From an uncultured Ignavibacteria bacterium (lineage in GTDB: Bacteria > Bacteroidota > Ignavibacteria > Tepidaquicellales > OLB5), in contig CAWFKW010000006.1 of NCBI GenBank assembly GCA_963816535.1, positions 580,334-644,333 of the forward strand: a stretch of DNA of 64,000 nucleotides, in the 5' to 3' direction. Under the pieces are notes generated by a model. It did no database searches, had not been told where the DNA came from, and worked only from the letters and a program-made list of their open reading frames with translations. A program made the position numbers and the translations under genes. Positions 10,328-19,694 of this stretch are shown here, piece after piece. How positions within the stretch are numbered: position 1 is the stretch's first letter; the number at the start of each line of letters is the position of its first letter.

Positions 10328-10416
10328 TTCAAATTTCAAATCGAAAATCCCAATTTCGAAATCTGCAATGTATTCTATTTAAAATCTCAAATCGAAAATC
10401 CCAAATCTCAAATCGG
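10328..10416. repeat. two blocks of degenerate 7-nt-periodic repeat in the atpB-atpE spacer
   Basis: Block 1: ttcaaat ttcaaat cgaaaat cccaatt tcgaaat ctgcaat. Block 2: atctcaa atcgaaa atcccaa atctcaa atcgg. Contains the 18-nt direct repeat TCAAATCGAAAATCCCAA at 10336 and 10387. Confidence 0.75.
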
Positions 10417-11244
10417 TCAATGATCCTGGTGTATTGCCATGCCTATAAACAATGCCGACAAAATCGTAAATATATACGCCTGCAGCAAACCCACAAGAAT
10501 CTCAAGCAAATAAATGAAAAGCGAAAATGCGATGGATACAGGCACCATTACATAACCCAGCGTGAAAATCAGGCTTATGAATGCAAGTATTACTATATGC
10601 CCTGCAGTCATGTTCGCAAAAAGACGAATACACAAAGCAAACGGCTTTGTAAGAAGAGCTATGAATTCAATTATCACCATAACAGGCAGAACGTATATGG
10701 GAACGCCGGGGGGAATTAACCCTTTAAAATATCCGAAGAACCCGTTATTCTTTATTCCGTGCACCTGTGTCATTACAAACGTAACGGCGGCAAGCGAAGC
10801 GGTTGTGCTGACGCTGCCTGTAGGCGTATGCATATAAGGTATTAAGCCCATGTAATTAGAAAACAGGACAAAGAAAAACATAGAAAAGAAAAACGGAAGG
10901 AACTTCACGCCGGATTCACCCATTGCAGGTATCACAATATCATCCCTTACAAATACCATGATCACTTCGATTGCGTTTCCTATGCCCACGGGGACTACGC
11001 TCTTTTTGTTCCTGTTAGCGGCGTAGATCAATATGACGATAAGAACTATTGCCGCAATTAACAGCATCAAAACGTTCATTGTAATAGACAGGTCAAGCGT
11101 GTAGCCGCCAATTTGAATTGGCGGGATCTTTAAGAGCGGATGGTCTGAAACATGTTCAATGATCCAGCTGTCGCCCTCACCCGGAGCTTCCTTAGTTAGA
11201 TTGCGTAATGAATCCGGCTGGAGAAAGACTGTCAAGAAATTCAT
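10417..11244 (-). CDS. atpB: Fo ATP synthase subunit a
   Basis: Polytopic protein with the conserved LCIRLFANMTAGH (essential Arg) and the LLQAYIFTILSALFIG C-terminus. Confidence 0.95.
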   Translation of the reverse strand: MNFLTVFLQPDSLRNLTKEAPGEGDSWIIEHVSDHPLLKIPPIQIGGYTLDLSITMNVLMLLIAAIVLIVILIYAANRNKKSVVPVGIGNAIEVIMVFVRDDIVIPAMGESGVKFLPFFFSMFFFVLFSNYMGLIPYMHTPTGSVSTTASLAAVTFVMTQVHGIKNNGFFGYFKGLIPPGVPIYVLPVMVIIEFIALLTKPFALCIRLFANMTAGHIVILAFISLIFTLGYVMVPVSIAFSLFIYLLEILVGLLQAYIFTILSALFIGMAIHQDH

Positions 11245-11312
11245 TTAAAAATACTGTGTCGTTTTTGTTTTTGGGAAAACACGCTTCCCAAAAGATATTG
11301 ATAAAACTTATT

Positions 11313-11732
11313 TTAATTGTCCTTATTCAGGGCGCCGATATCGTTTTTTATCTTTGATTGCCTGGTGTGAAAATATAGAATCTCAAGCGTTAAGAAAATC
11401 AGGTAAAACAAAAATGCAGAACCCACCAGCGAAACCTCATCAAGCCCTGCAATTTTTAAGAGAACCAAAAGCAGAATAACCATAACAAGAATTCTTATCC
11501 CCATACCGCCGAATATCACTATCATGAAGCTCTTCACCGATCTGTTCAGAGCCATCTCATTTAACTTATATCCAACCATCGCGTTGATAAGGGAAACAAG
11601 AAAACCGCAAATTACTGAAATTGACTGTAATTGGTTCAAATATACTTTAGCGGGATAAACCGATATTAATAATACGGCAAGGCTTGCTATCAGAACATTT
11701 CTGACAAAAGAACGTTCACTTTTTGTTTTCAC
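11313..11732 (-). CDS. atpI: AtpI-like small membrane protein (ATP synthase protein I)
   Basis: Four predicted TM helices, 139 aa, immediately upstream of atpB. Called mainly by position and topology. Confidence 0.5.
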   Translation of the reverse strand: MKTKSERSFVRNVLIASLAVLLISVYPAKVYLNQLQSISVICGFLVSLINAMVGYKLNEMALNRSVKSFMIVIFGGMGIRILVMVILLLVLLKIAGLDEVSLVGSAFLFYLIFLTLEILYFHTRQSKIKNDIGALNKDN

Positions 11733-12003
11733 CCTTGCCGGATTTGCCGAATTTGATAACGTTCAGCGCTTTTAGCAACCCCAAAAACCCGAAAACAGAA
11801 CCAACAATCACGCCCGCTATCATTAATATATTTCCCGTACTCAGCCATTTATCAAGTCCGTACCCTATCAAAGCGCAAACAACTATAGCCATACCATACT
11901 GAAAAGCGTATTCGGCATAGGCCCAGCCGGAACGGTAAGATTCTGCAACCTGCTTGAACTCCGACGGCTGTTTCTCATCACTTTTTGACGATTTTTCCGC
12001 CAT
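11716..12003 (-). CDS. atpZ: AtpZ/AtpR-like putative F0F1-ATPase accessory subunit
   Basis: 95 aa with two TM helices of the characteristic pattern (YGMAIVVCALIGYGLDKWLSTGNILMIAGVIVGSVFGFLGL). First gene of the atp operon and overlaps atpI. Confidence 0.55.
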   Translation of the reverse strand: MAEKSSKSDEKQPSEFKQVAESYRSGWAYAEYAFQYGMAIVVCALIGYGLDKWLSTGNILMIAGVIVGSVFGFLGLLKALNVIKFGKSGKGENKK

Positions 12004-12094
12004 TTTTGCAGAATTTCTTAAGTTTACAATCAGCGAAAATAACGATTAATTAAAACAAAATCAATTTAAAGATTTGGGTGGAGAGGCAGGGAAT

Positions 12095-13324
12095 TTAAAA
12101 CCTGAGCCATTCTTTGGGATTCAGCGGGGTTCCGTTTAGCCACAGCTCAAAATGAAGCGCCTGGCCATCCGGCGTTTCGCCGGTTTTTCCAATTATCTGG
12201 CTCAGCTTAACTTTATCGCCGGCGTTTACATTAACTTCGCTGAGCGATGCGTAAACTGTCCGGTACCCGTTATCGTGACTGATTATAACGACTTTTCCGT
12301 AAAAGGGAACTTCCCCGGTCAATGTAACCGTACCGCCGGCGACCGCGTAGACTTTGGAACCCTTTGCTATCGAAAAATCAATTCCGTTGCTGAACCACTT
12401 TGTATCTGTAGCGTTGTTTACATAATCGCCGAATTCATTCTGAACTAATGCGATATCAACCGGCAGATTCATAGTCCCTTTAATTTTGCCGAGCGAATCG
12501 CTTGCGTAGTTTAACCTGTTGGCTTTAACGCCTTTGAAGTTCTGTTTGTTCTGGGTGAAATCGTCGATAAAGTCTTTTATCCTGTTTATTTGTTCTTCTT
12601 TTCTAGCAATTACGGCTATATTAAGGTCCCTTGTATTATCAAGCTGCGCTTTCTTCATTTGCATCTCCCTCAGGCGATCCTCAACTGCCGCTCTTTCATT
12701 TCTCTTTGATTCTACGTAGAATCTCTGAGAGCTTACTGAAAGCTTCAGCATGTTCTTCTTCTCTTCCAGAATTATTTTTTTTGCCTTAAGCTCTCTTAGT
12801 TCTTTCTTCCTGCTTAGGGCGAACCGCTGGAGATATTCATTGCGTCTGAGAAATTCATTCGGCGTCTTTGAGCTTAACAGCAGCTCCAGCTCATAGTTCT
12901 TGCCGTGTTTGTACAGATTTATAATCTTGCTTTTGAAGCTTTGCTGTATCCTCTCCACTTCATCCTCCATGAACAAAACCATATTGGTTTCTATTGCGAT
13001 TTCTTCGGGCGAGAGGAAGTTCTGGTTTTGGTAATCCTTTAAGAAATCATTCAGGGCATTAAGCTTGTTTTCCAGGCTATCTATCCCCAAATTAATATCT
13101 TCCTGGCTTGAACCATATGAACTAATAACCTTATTGCTTTCGTCTATTTCTTTCTGGAAAACTTCTACTTGCCGGTTCTTATCGCCCACAACCTCGTCAA
13201 ATGTGGCTCTTATGAACAAAAAAGCAAAGAAAATAAACGCCAAAGTTATGCCAATGGTTTTCTTGCCCGAAATAGTATTTAAGCGTTTTTCTGTCAATAC
13301 ATTGTTATTCCTGATTTGTAACAT
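12095..13324 (-). CDS. M23 family peptidoglycan metalloendopeptidase with N-terminal coiled coil (EnvC-like)
   Basis: N-terminal TM anchor and a long coiled coil. C-terminal LytM/M23 domain (GIDFSIAKGSKVYAVAGGTV...ISHDNGYRTVYASL...GQALHFELW). Confidence 0.85.
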   Translation of the reverse strand: MLQIRNNNVLTEKRLNTISGKKTIGITLAFIFFAFLFIRATFDEVVGDKNRQVEVFQKEIDESNKVISSYGSSQEDINLGIDSLENKLNALNDFLKDYQNQNFLSPEEIAIETNMVLFMEDEVERIQQSFKSKIINLYKHGKNYELELLLSSKTPNEFLRRNEYLQRFALSRKKELRELKAKKIILEEKKNMLKLSVSSQRFYVESKRNERAAVEDRLREMQMKKAQLDNTRDLNIAVIARKEEQINRIKDFIDDFTQNKQNFKGVKANRLNYASDSLGKIKGTMNLPVDIALVQNEFGDYVNNATDTKWFSNGIDFSIAKGSKVYAVAGGTVTLTGEVPFYGKVVIISHDNGYRTVYASLSEVNVNAGDKVKLSQIIGKTGETPDGQALHFELWLNGTPLNPKEWLRF

Positions 13325-13333
13325 GCAGCCTTT

Positions 13334-14107
13334 CTAATCCCACTTTACCACCTTTGCTGATTTTGGAAATTTCATTGTAATAGAAATATCCGGGTTGTTT
13401 ATATCTTTGCTGTCATAATCAAGATAAACAGACTGTTTCTTCTCGGGATTCCTTATGACTATCTTATTCGGAAAATTGATCTCCTTACCGTTTGATGATT
13501 CTGAGCTGTAGTTTGAATAGCCCACTTCAATCCTGGATTTAAAATCTTTATCGAGCATGTCGTATCTCTGTATTGTGAACTTATCAGGCTCGATAAAATA
13601 TTCCTCAACTCCATATGAATTATTCACCTGAAGAACGTACAAATTGTTCTGTGACTCAGCCGCAGTGCTGTCTACAGATTCGTCCTGGAAATGAAAACTT
13701 CCTGTGAAGCTGTTAATCAGTTCATCGAATGAGACCTTAATTCTGAGGATTGCGCCAATATTCAGCTCGGTGCTCGGCCCCATTATTACTTTATTCTCCT
13801 GTACGTTATAGTAAACAAAATCCTTTCTCGTTATGAGCGCGACGGCTATAGAGATCCCAAACGGGCCGCCAATTTTCACATAAACGCTGTCCGGTTTCTT
13901 TATCTTTATTTCTATATCTCCGGTGCCTGAGTTCTCCGGCGAATCGAAAGAGATTATTCCCGACGCTTCAAGCGATTGTATGAGCGATGAATTAGAATTA
14001 ACCCGCGCTTTTATAGCTTTGATAGGGATCTTCTGAATGTCTTCATCCTGCTTTGAAGAAGAACATGCATAAAGAAATACAAGCGCTAAAAATAGGCTGA
14101 ATTTCAA
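13334..14107 (-). CDS. lipoprotein, LolB/DUF4292-like (tentative)
   Basis: Lipobox LVFLYACSS. Adjacency to an M23 peptidase is common for DUF4292 in FCB genomes. No motif-level proof. Confidence 0.4.
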   Translation of the reverse strand: MKFSLFLALVFLYACSSSKQDEDIQKIPIKAIKARVNSNSSLIQSLEASGIISFDSPENSGTGDIEIKIKKPDSVYVKIGGPFGISIAVALITRKDFVYYNVQENKVIMGPSTELNIGAILRIKVSFDELINSFTGSFHFQDESVDSTAAESQNNLYVLQVNNSYGVEEYFIEPDKFTIQRYDMLDKDFKSRIEVGYSNYSSESSNGKEINFPNKIVIRNPEKKQSVYLDYDSKDINNPDISITMKFPKSAKVVKWD

Positions 14108-14136
14108 ATATTTGGAAGAATAATTTTTTATGTCTC

Positions 14137-14823
14137 TTATTTCCTTTCGGTTTCTTTCTTAAACGCTTCCAAAATATTATCTGTAAATGACGGCGTTCCG
14201 CCTGTCATTCTTTCGGGATGCCATTGAATGCAGAGCATAAACGGTTTTGAACCGGTATCTTCCCACTCGACTGACTCTATAATTCCGTCCGGAGCTTTTG
14301 AAGATACCCGGAGGCCCTCTCCGAGCCTATCAACCGATTGATGGTGCGAGCTGTTTATCACTCCATTCGTTGAGGCTACAATACTATGAAGCAGTGTATC
14401 TTCGAATACGTTAACTTCGTGAAGCCTGTCTTCATCCTTGCTGATTTTCATATGGTCGGTTCCGCGAATCGTTTTAATATCGTTTATGAGGCTGCCATTT
14501 AGCCGGCAATTTATTAATTGCATGCCGCGGCAGATACCCAGTACAGGGATTCCGTTTTCAAAGGCATAGTCAAGCAACCGGAATTCAAACCCGTCCCGCG
14601 CAGGTATATAATCGTTCCGGTTCATACCGTCTTCCCAGTCGGCGTAGAATTCCGGAAACACGTCCACGCCGCCCGTGAGTACCAGCGACGAACAGTTTTT
14701 AACAGCGTCGAAATTGTTTTGTTCCCAATCAAGAACTTCATGTTCTATGCCGCCTCTTTTAAGCCACCCAAGGTACTTATCGAATCTTCGTTCGCATCTG
14801 GAAACTGCGGCTTTTCTTTTCAT
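14137..14823 (-). CDS. class-I glutamine amidotransferase / peptidase C26 (gamma-glutamyl-GABA hydrolase family)
   Basis: Nucleophile elbow GICRGMQLIN and the catalytic His region IQWHPE. Confidence 0.8.
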   Translation of the reverse strand: MKRKAAVSRCERRFDKYLGWLKRGGIEHEVLDWEQNNFDAVKNCSSLVLTGGVDVFPEFYADWEDGMNRNDYIPARDGFEFRLLDYAFENGIPVLGICRGMQLINCRLNGSLINDIKTIRGTDHMKISKDEDRLHEVNVFEDTLLHSIVASTNGVINSSHHQSVDRLGEGLRVSSKAPDGIIESVEWEDTGSKPFMLCIQWHPERMTGGTPSFTDNILEAFKKETERK

Positions 14824-15878
14824 GGCAGCTTCAGCAAATTGTCGATCTTATCGAACAATATTTGGGCATTATTGGAAATTTGCATTTTTATTTTTGCATA
14901 ATAAAGAGGATAATTGTACAGCAGTTCTTTGTATAGATTATCTGAAGATGACTTCAGCACCAGCTCGGAGTTCTTTAGCCTTACCATGTCCTTTTGCGTA
15001 GTAATCAGCGTGGACGAACTTTTGTTTTGGAAGGCGCTGATGATCTTCCGGATCTCTTCCTGCGTGAAATAATGATGGTCCGGAAAGTTCAAAAACCCGT
15101 TAATTTTAATATTCTGCTTAACCAGAAGCATTCTGAATGAATCCGGGTCAGCTATGCCGCAAAACGCCGTCACACCGGCATTAACTGTTCCCATAACCTG
15201 GCCCTTAATATCAACAAATTCATCCAGCTCATAATTGCATGTCACTTTCGGCTTGCTTTTTGTCTTCAGAATGAACTGTGAGCCGTTGAATTTCTCGTTA
15301 ACTACTACGATATCTGCCCTGTAAATTGCCGAATGCGGTTCACGGTAATTTCCCGCCGGGAGCATAAATGTATTTTTGGTTTCATTAACCAAAACAATAT
15401 CCAGCTGCCGGGCAAGTTTCCTGTGCTGGAACCCATCATCTATAATAATTACGTCGGGCTTGAATTTGGCGTCGGCGAATTTCGCGGCAGTAGATTTTTT
15501 ATCGCAAATAACCAAAAGCCCCTTGCCGCCGGGCGTATCATTCAGGTTCTCAAGCAGCAACAAACCTTCGTCGCCGAAATTTTCGGAATTGAGCTGCTGG
15601 TTCTCATTTCGGAAATTGAGCTCGGCGACCTTCAGGTCGTCTGATTCCCGTTTAAATCCCTTTTGGACTATTACCGGGAACTTACCGGCTTTAATAATAT
15701 ATTTGGCGATCAATTCCGTAAAAGGAGTTTTCCCTGTCCCGCCGGCGGAAATATTGCCTACCGAAATGACTTTTGCATTAAGCTCAACCTGCTTGATAAT
15801 TCCCCAGTCATACATTTTATTCCTGAAGAATACAAGCAGTCTGAAAACAAAACTAAGCGGAAGTAAAAATATTCTCAT
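14820..15878 (-). CDS. lpxK: tetraacyldisaccharide 4'-kinase
   Basis: P-loop VGNISAGGTGKTP. 4-nt overlaps with lpxB upstream and the GATase gene downstream. Confidence 0.9.
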   Translation of the reverse strand: MRIFLLPLSFVFRLLVFFRNKMYDWGIIKQVELNAKVISVGNISAGGTGKTPFTELIAKYIIKAGKFPVIVQKGFKRESDDLKVAELNFRNENQQLNSENFGDEGLLLLENLNDTPGGKGLLVICDKKSTAAKFADAKFKPDVIIIDDGFQHRKLARQLDIVLVNETKNTFMLPAGNYREPHSAIYRADIVVVNEKFNGSQFILKTKSKPKVTCNYELDEFVDIKGQVMGTVNAGVTAFCGIADPDSFRMLLVKQNIKINGFLNFPDHHYFTQEEIRKIISAFQNKSSSTLITTQKDMVRLKNSELVLKSSSDNLYKELLYNYPLYYAKIKMQISNNAQILFDKIDNLLKLP

Positions 15879-17038
15879 CGGTTCAGCGCGATTTTTTGGA
15901 TTATTTCCGCCGCATTAAGCGAAGCGTCCTTGTTACCCAGTATTTCCCAAACGCGTTTCAGCTTTGAGGTAAGCGTATCCCTGTACCCGGAGTCGGTCAG
16001 AAGTTTAGCCGATTCAGCCGCCAGTTTCTCCGGTTTAAAATCTTTCTGAATAAATTCCTTCACAATATTTTCTTTGGCTATGATATTTACAATCCCGATA
16101 TTGTTAATGTTCACTATAGGCTTCATTAAAAGATAATTAATGGGGGCTGTCCGCAAAAAAACAAAATGGGGCGCGCCTATAAGCGCGCACTCCAGTGTAG
16201 AAGTGCCGGCTTTAGCCATAACAAGGTCAGAATTCAGCATCATCCCGTATGCCCCGCCGCTGATAAGTTCATATCCTTTCATTTCGCCCAGGTATTTGTC
16301 AAAAGCATGCGCTTCGACGCTCGGCGCCCTGCTTATGTTTACGCTCAATCTGAAATCTTTCTTCAGAGCCTCAACAGTTTTTAACAGCGCCGGCAAATGA
16401 TTTTTTATTTCATTAAACCTGCTTCCCGGAAGAACGGTAATAACTTTCTTTTCGCCGTCAGTCTTATTGGTTTTCTTATTTTCATCAAGGAATTTCCTGA
16501 TCCGTTTCACAAGCGGGTGCCCTACATATTCGGCCTCTACTCCGAATTTGTCATAGAAGTCAACCTCGAACGGAAAAACAACCAGCATCTTATCGATGTA
16601 TCTTTTTATCTTGAGAACGCGGCTCTCCCGCCATGCCCATATTTGCGGCGAAATGTAATATATTATTTTTCCCGAATAAAATCTTCTCAATTCTTCGGCA
16701 AATTTCAGGTTGAAGCCCGGGTAGTCTATTAATATGACGGCATCGGGGGAGTTATCTTTCACTAAACTGATGCAGTCGTTCAGAACCTTCTTAAAAAACC
16801 CGTATTTCTTAGCGACATCCAGAATCCCAACAGCTGCCAGCGAATTGACGTCATAAAGGAGCTTTGCACGCTGAGCCTTCATTTGGTCGCCCCCCAGTCC
16901 TGAAATATCCAGCTCACCGGGGCTGCATGCCCTTCTCAGCTCTTTGATAAGCTCGGCGGCGTGCATTTCGCCTGACTGCTCTCCTGCCGATATAAATAAC
17001 GATCTTTTCTTAAAGGGAGAGGAAGAAGCAGGTTCCAT
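15875..17038 (-). CDS. lpxB: lipid-A-disaccharide synthase
   Basis: N-terminus LFISAGEQSGEMHAAELI, then DYPGFNLKFA and LPGSR: typical LpxB blocks. Confidence 0.9.
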   Translation of the reverse strand: MEPASSSPFKKRSLFISAGEQSGEMHAAELIKELRRACSPGELDISGLGGDQMKAQRAKLLYDVNSLAAVGILDVAKKYGFFKKVLNDCISLVKDNSPDAVILIDYPGFNLKFAEELRRFYSGKIIYYISPQIWAWRESRVLKIKRYIDKMLVVFPFEVDFYDKFGVEAEYVGHPLVKRIRKFLDENKKTNKTDGEKKVITVLPGSRFNEIKNHLPALLKTVEALKKDFRLSVNISRAPSVEAHAFDKYLGEMKGYELISGGAYGMMLNSDLVMAKAGTSTLECALIGAPHFVFLRTAPINYLLMKPIVNINNIGIVNIIAKENIVKEFIQKDFKPEKLAAESAKLLTDSGYRDTLTSKLKRVWEILGNKDASLNAAEIIQKIALNR

Positions 17039-17056
17039 GGCTTATTCGTCCATAAT

Positions 17057-17638
17057 TTATTGGTGGGTCAGGATATAAATTAACACAACCATGAGCGCAA
17101 TGGAACTCATTGCCTGAAGCGTTCTCTTTTCCGATTTGTAACCGGCCTTCAGATCAAACTTTACCTTTGATTGTTTTGAAAGGTCATACGGGGCGCCGGG
17201 CAGAAAGCGCTTTACAGAATTGCAGTAATCATCGTACTTTTCCCTGAAAGAAGTTTTCAAAAACGGTTCTTCTTCATCTTTCACAATGTAATAATACTGA
17301 ATATAAAAGTACACAAGCCCAATTAACTGAAGCCACGGAGAAAGCGAATTAGCCATTACGCTTATTCCGAAGTATATCAAAATGTTCCCGAAATACAGCG
17401 GGTTTCTCACATATGAAAAAGGACCCTGCGTTACAAGATTTGACGCGCCCACTTTCCTGGTTCTAGTTTCCCCGCCGGCGTAAGATACGCCCCACAGCCT
17501 TATTAATTCTCCAAGCAGAGAGATCACGAACCCTGCGACCAGCGTTAAGGTTGTGGGCCTTCCATACAGGAACAACGGAACAAGGAAGGGGAGAGGAGTA
17601 TAAGATCGGTTCTTAAAAAAGAATTGTCCTAATTTCAT
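17057..17638 (-). CDS. membrane methyltransferase of the ICMT/PEMT family
   Basis: Polytopic protein with LVTQGPFSYVRNPLYFGNIL (the RNPxY motif of isoprenylcysteine/phospholipid methyltransferases). Confidence 0.7.
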   Translation of the reverse strand: MKLGQFFFKNRSYTPLPFLVPLFLYGRPTTLTLVAGFVISLLGELIRLWGVSYAGGETRTRKVGASNLVTQGPFSYVRNPLYFGNILIYFGISVMANSLSPWLQLIGLVYFYIQYYYIVKDEEEPFLKTSFREKYDDYCNSVKRFLPGAPYDLSKQSKVKFDLKAGYKSEKRTLQAMSSIALMVVLIYILTHQ

Positions 17639-17697
17639 TTATTATTGAAAAGTTCTTAAAATTATCTGAAATATTATTATGATATGCAATCTTTTAT

Positions 17698-18417
17698 TTA
17701 TCCTCTCAGGTAAACGTCTTTCCTGTTAACTCTCGCGTTCTGCCTTTGTTTTATTGATTTGGTTTCGAGAATTTTTTGAAGCTTATTCTTAACGTCTCCG
17801 AAATCTCTGTAATCAAAATAAGTGATGTTATTCTTCCAGCAATATGAAGCAAGCGATTTCTTTGCGAAAACTATATCGGCGTAATTTGCCGCGCACACGT
17901 CCGAAAAACCGTCGCCGATCAAAACTGCAATCTTGTCGTCGCCGGTCATGTTCATAAGCAGGTTGCGTTTGCAGCACCCGCATCTTGTACAGTCAGAATC
18001 TGAGTAGGGAAACTCCAGCCCGATCTCGCTATCTTCCCTCAGCACAAACCGGTTGGCGTAATAAGGGATGTTCTGCCCGTGTTTCGAGAGAATTCTGCTG
18101 ATATAATAGTCCATTCCTTCGCTAAGAATGGCGATTGGGAAATCTTCTTTTTTGCAATAATCTGCAAATTCCTCAAATTTACTGTCTAACTCTATATTGT
18201 CAATAATTTCGTCAAATTTGGCGACGTCAAAATTTTCTACCAGGCTGCATTCCTGAAGAAAGCACTCTCTTGCCCCAATCTCCATGTTCTCAAATTTCGA
18301 GATAACATTGTACCAGCGTTCTTTATCTCTGATGAAATATTCACCCATCTTGATCCATGCATCTACGCGGGTGATTGTACCGTCAAAATCACAAAATATC
18401 TTTAATTTGCGCTTCAA
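17698..18417 (-). CDS. HAD-IB phosphatase, MtnX-like
   Basis: HAD motif I FCDFDGTIT and motif IV IGDGFSDVCAA. Cys cluster CTRCGCCKRN as in MtnX-type enzymes. Confidence 0.7.
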   Translation of the reverse strand: MKRKLKIFCDFDGTITRVDAWIKMGEYFIRDKERWYNVISKFENMEIGARECFLQECSLVENFDVAKFDEIIDNIELDSKFEEFADYCKKEDFPIAILSEGMDYYISRILSKHGQNIPYYANRFVLREDSEIGLEFPYSDSDCTRCGCCKRNLLMNMTGDDKIAVLIGDGFSDVCAANYADIVFAKKSLASYCWKNNITYFDYRDFGDVKNKLQKILETKSIKQRQNARVNRKDVYLRG

Positions 18418-18495
18418 AACATGGCAAAATAGACTTAATTAATAGCTTATTCAAGGTAAGTATGCCGATACGCGAAATAATGCAGAAAGATGCAT

Positions 18496-18532
18496 AAAAA
18501 AAGAACAAGGAATATTGAGGCATTCCCTGTTC
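18496..18532 (-). terminator. rho-independent terminator on the minus strand, with no annotated gene in front of it
   Basis: Stem GAACAGGGAAT/ATTCCTTGTTC (11 bp, 1 mismatch) with an 8-nt loop, followed on the minus strand by T7 (plus-strand A7 at 18496-18502). Confidence 0.6.
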
Positions 18533-18594
18533 AGCTGTGGTTAAATAGACTAATTATCTAACCGGAGGTAAAAACTTGTATTATTTTAGTGTAA

Positions 18595-18702
18595 TCAGAA
18601 TTTTATGTAGTAGTTATAACTCATTAACACCAATATAACGCTATTTGCAAGCAGTAAGGTTCCCGTAATAATTCTGACCGTTTTTGTTTTGAAATTTAAC
18701 AT
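18595..18702 (-). CDS. candidate 35-aa single-TM small protein (below the ORF-track cutoff)
   Basis: AAGGAG sits 8 nt upstream of the ATG (18702). Peptide MLNFKTKTVRIITGTLLLANSVILVLMSYNYYIKF. The minus-strand terminator lies about 60 nt downstream. Confidence 0.4.
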   Translation of the reverse strand: MLNFKTKTVRIITGTLLLANSVILVLMSYNYYIKF

Positions 18703-18826
18703 TTCTTGTTCTCCTTATCCTTTTAATATTAAGACGCCGCCTGATTGGAAAAGGTTGCATTTGGATTTTGTGAAAATATATTGCATTTTGGGATATTATA
18801 TAAACCACAAACATAGGAGCGAACTT

Positions 18827-19192
18827 ATGTCGCGGATAGTTCATTTTGAGATAGGAGCCGTAGATACTGAAAAGATCAAGAAATTTTATGGCGATGTGTT
18901 CGGGTGGCAGTTTACAAATTGGGGAGGACCGCAGGATTACACGATTATCACAACGGGCGAAAAAGACTCAGTTGGAATAAACGGCGGAATATTCAAAAGC
19001 AAAGGCGAAGCGGTAGTTGTGAATACGATTGGCGTTGGTAATCTTGATGAGATGATAGAAAAAATAAAAGCGGCGGGCGGTGAAATTACAGTCGATAAAA
19101 TGGTTGTGCCTAACGTTGGCTGGATGGCTTATTTTAAAGATGTGGAAGGCAACCTATTCGGCGTAATACAGCCTGACGAAAGCGCCAAATAA
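18827..19192 (+). CDS. VOC / glyoxalase-family protein
   Basis: Start reassigned to the ATG at 18827, which is preceded by AGGAG. MSRIVHFEIGAVDTEKIKKFYGDVFGW ... VGWMAYFKDVEGNLFGV is a typical VOC beta-alpha-beta-beta-beta module. Confidence 0.75.
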   Translation: MSRIVHFEIGAVDTEKIKKFYGDVFGWQFTNWGGPQDYTIITTGEKDSVGINGGIFKSKGEAVVVNTIGVGNLDEMIEKIKAAGGEITVDKMVVPNVGWMAYFKDVEGNLFGVIQPDESAK

Positions 19193-19200
19193 TATACAAG

Positions 19201-19232
19201 AACCTGACAGGCTCAGAAAGCCCGTCAGGTTC
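19201..19232. terminator. hairpin between convergent genes (GTCAGG/CCTGAC-core REP-like element; possible bidirectional terminator)
   Basis: AACCTGACAGGC-tcagaaa-GCCCGTCAGGTT: 12-bp stem with 1 mismatch. No clear U-tract on either side. Confidence 0.35.
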
Positions 19233-19242
19233 AATGCAAATA

Positions 19243-19677
19243 TTATTTCGCGTCCAAAAGCTCCACTTCAAAAATGAGCGTCGCGTTTTCGGGTATAACG
19301 CCGGGAATGCCTCTATCGCCGTATGCTAGCGATGGCGGAATTATTAATTTTCTTTTTCCGCCAACCTTCATTGTTGAAAATCCTTCATCCCATCCTTTAA
19401 TAACCTGTCCTGTACCAAGCTTAAATTGAATTGGTTTGCCCCTGTCTCTTGAACTGTCAAATTTTTTCCCATCCTGAAGCATCCCGTCATAATGAACGGT
19501 CAATAACTGCCCCTGGCTTGGAGCTGCGCCATCGCCGATCTTTTCATCTACATATTTCAATCCGGAAGCCGTCGTTACTTCTTCTCCCACCTTTTCACCC
19601 GCTTTCTTTGTGCATCCTTCCATTAAAAATACAGAGATCAGCAATATTACGTTTAATAAAATAACCTTCTTTAACAT
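19243..19677 (-). CDS. FKBP-type peptidyl-prolyl cis-trans isomerase, lipoprotein
   Basis: Start moved to M24 (19677), giving signal plus lipobox [26 protein letters not shown] core [39 protein letters not shown] ... LIFEVELL. Confidence 0.9.
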   Translation of the reverse strand: MLKKVILLNVILLISVFLMEGCTKKAGEKVGEEVTTASGLKYVDEKIGDGAAPSQGQLLTVHYDGMLQDGKKFDSSRDRGKPIQFKLGTGQVIKGWDEGFSTMKVGGKRKLIIPPSLAYGDRGIPGVIPENATLIFEVELLDAK

Positions 19678-19694
19678 TTTTTTAATTTTAAATT

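Noticed and set aside
10336-10404. 18-nt direct repeat spaced 51 nt apart; considered as a mini CRISPR array
   Set aside because: There are only two copies, they are AT-rich, and they are embedded in a 7-nt-periodic tract. There are no cas genes and no leader. They sit inside the atp operon.
10246-10719. 157-aa plus-strand ORF
   Set aside because: Its 5' third is translated from the repeat-filled atpB-atpE spacer (…VVGDNTNNGD… comes from the REP hairpin). The rest is antisense to atpB.
15376-15918. 180-aa plus-strand ORF
   Set aside because: It is antisense to lpxK, which has a clear P-loop and operon context.
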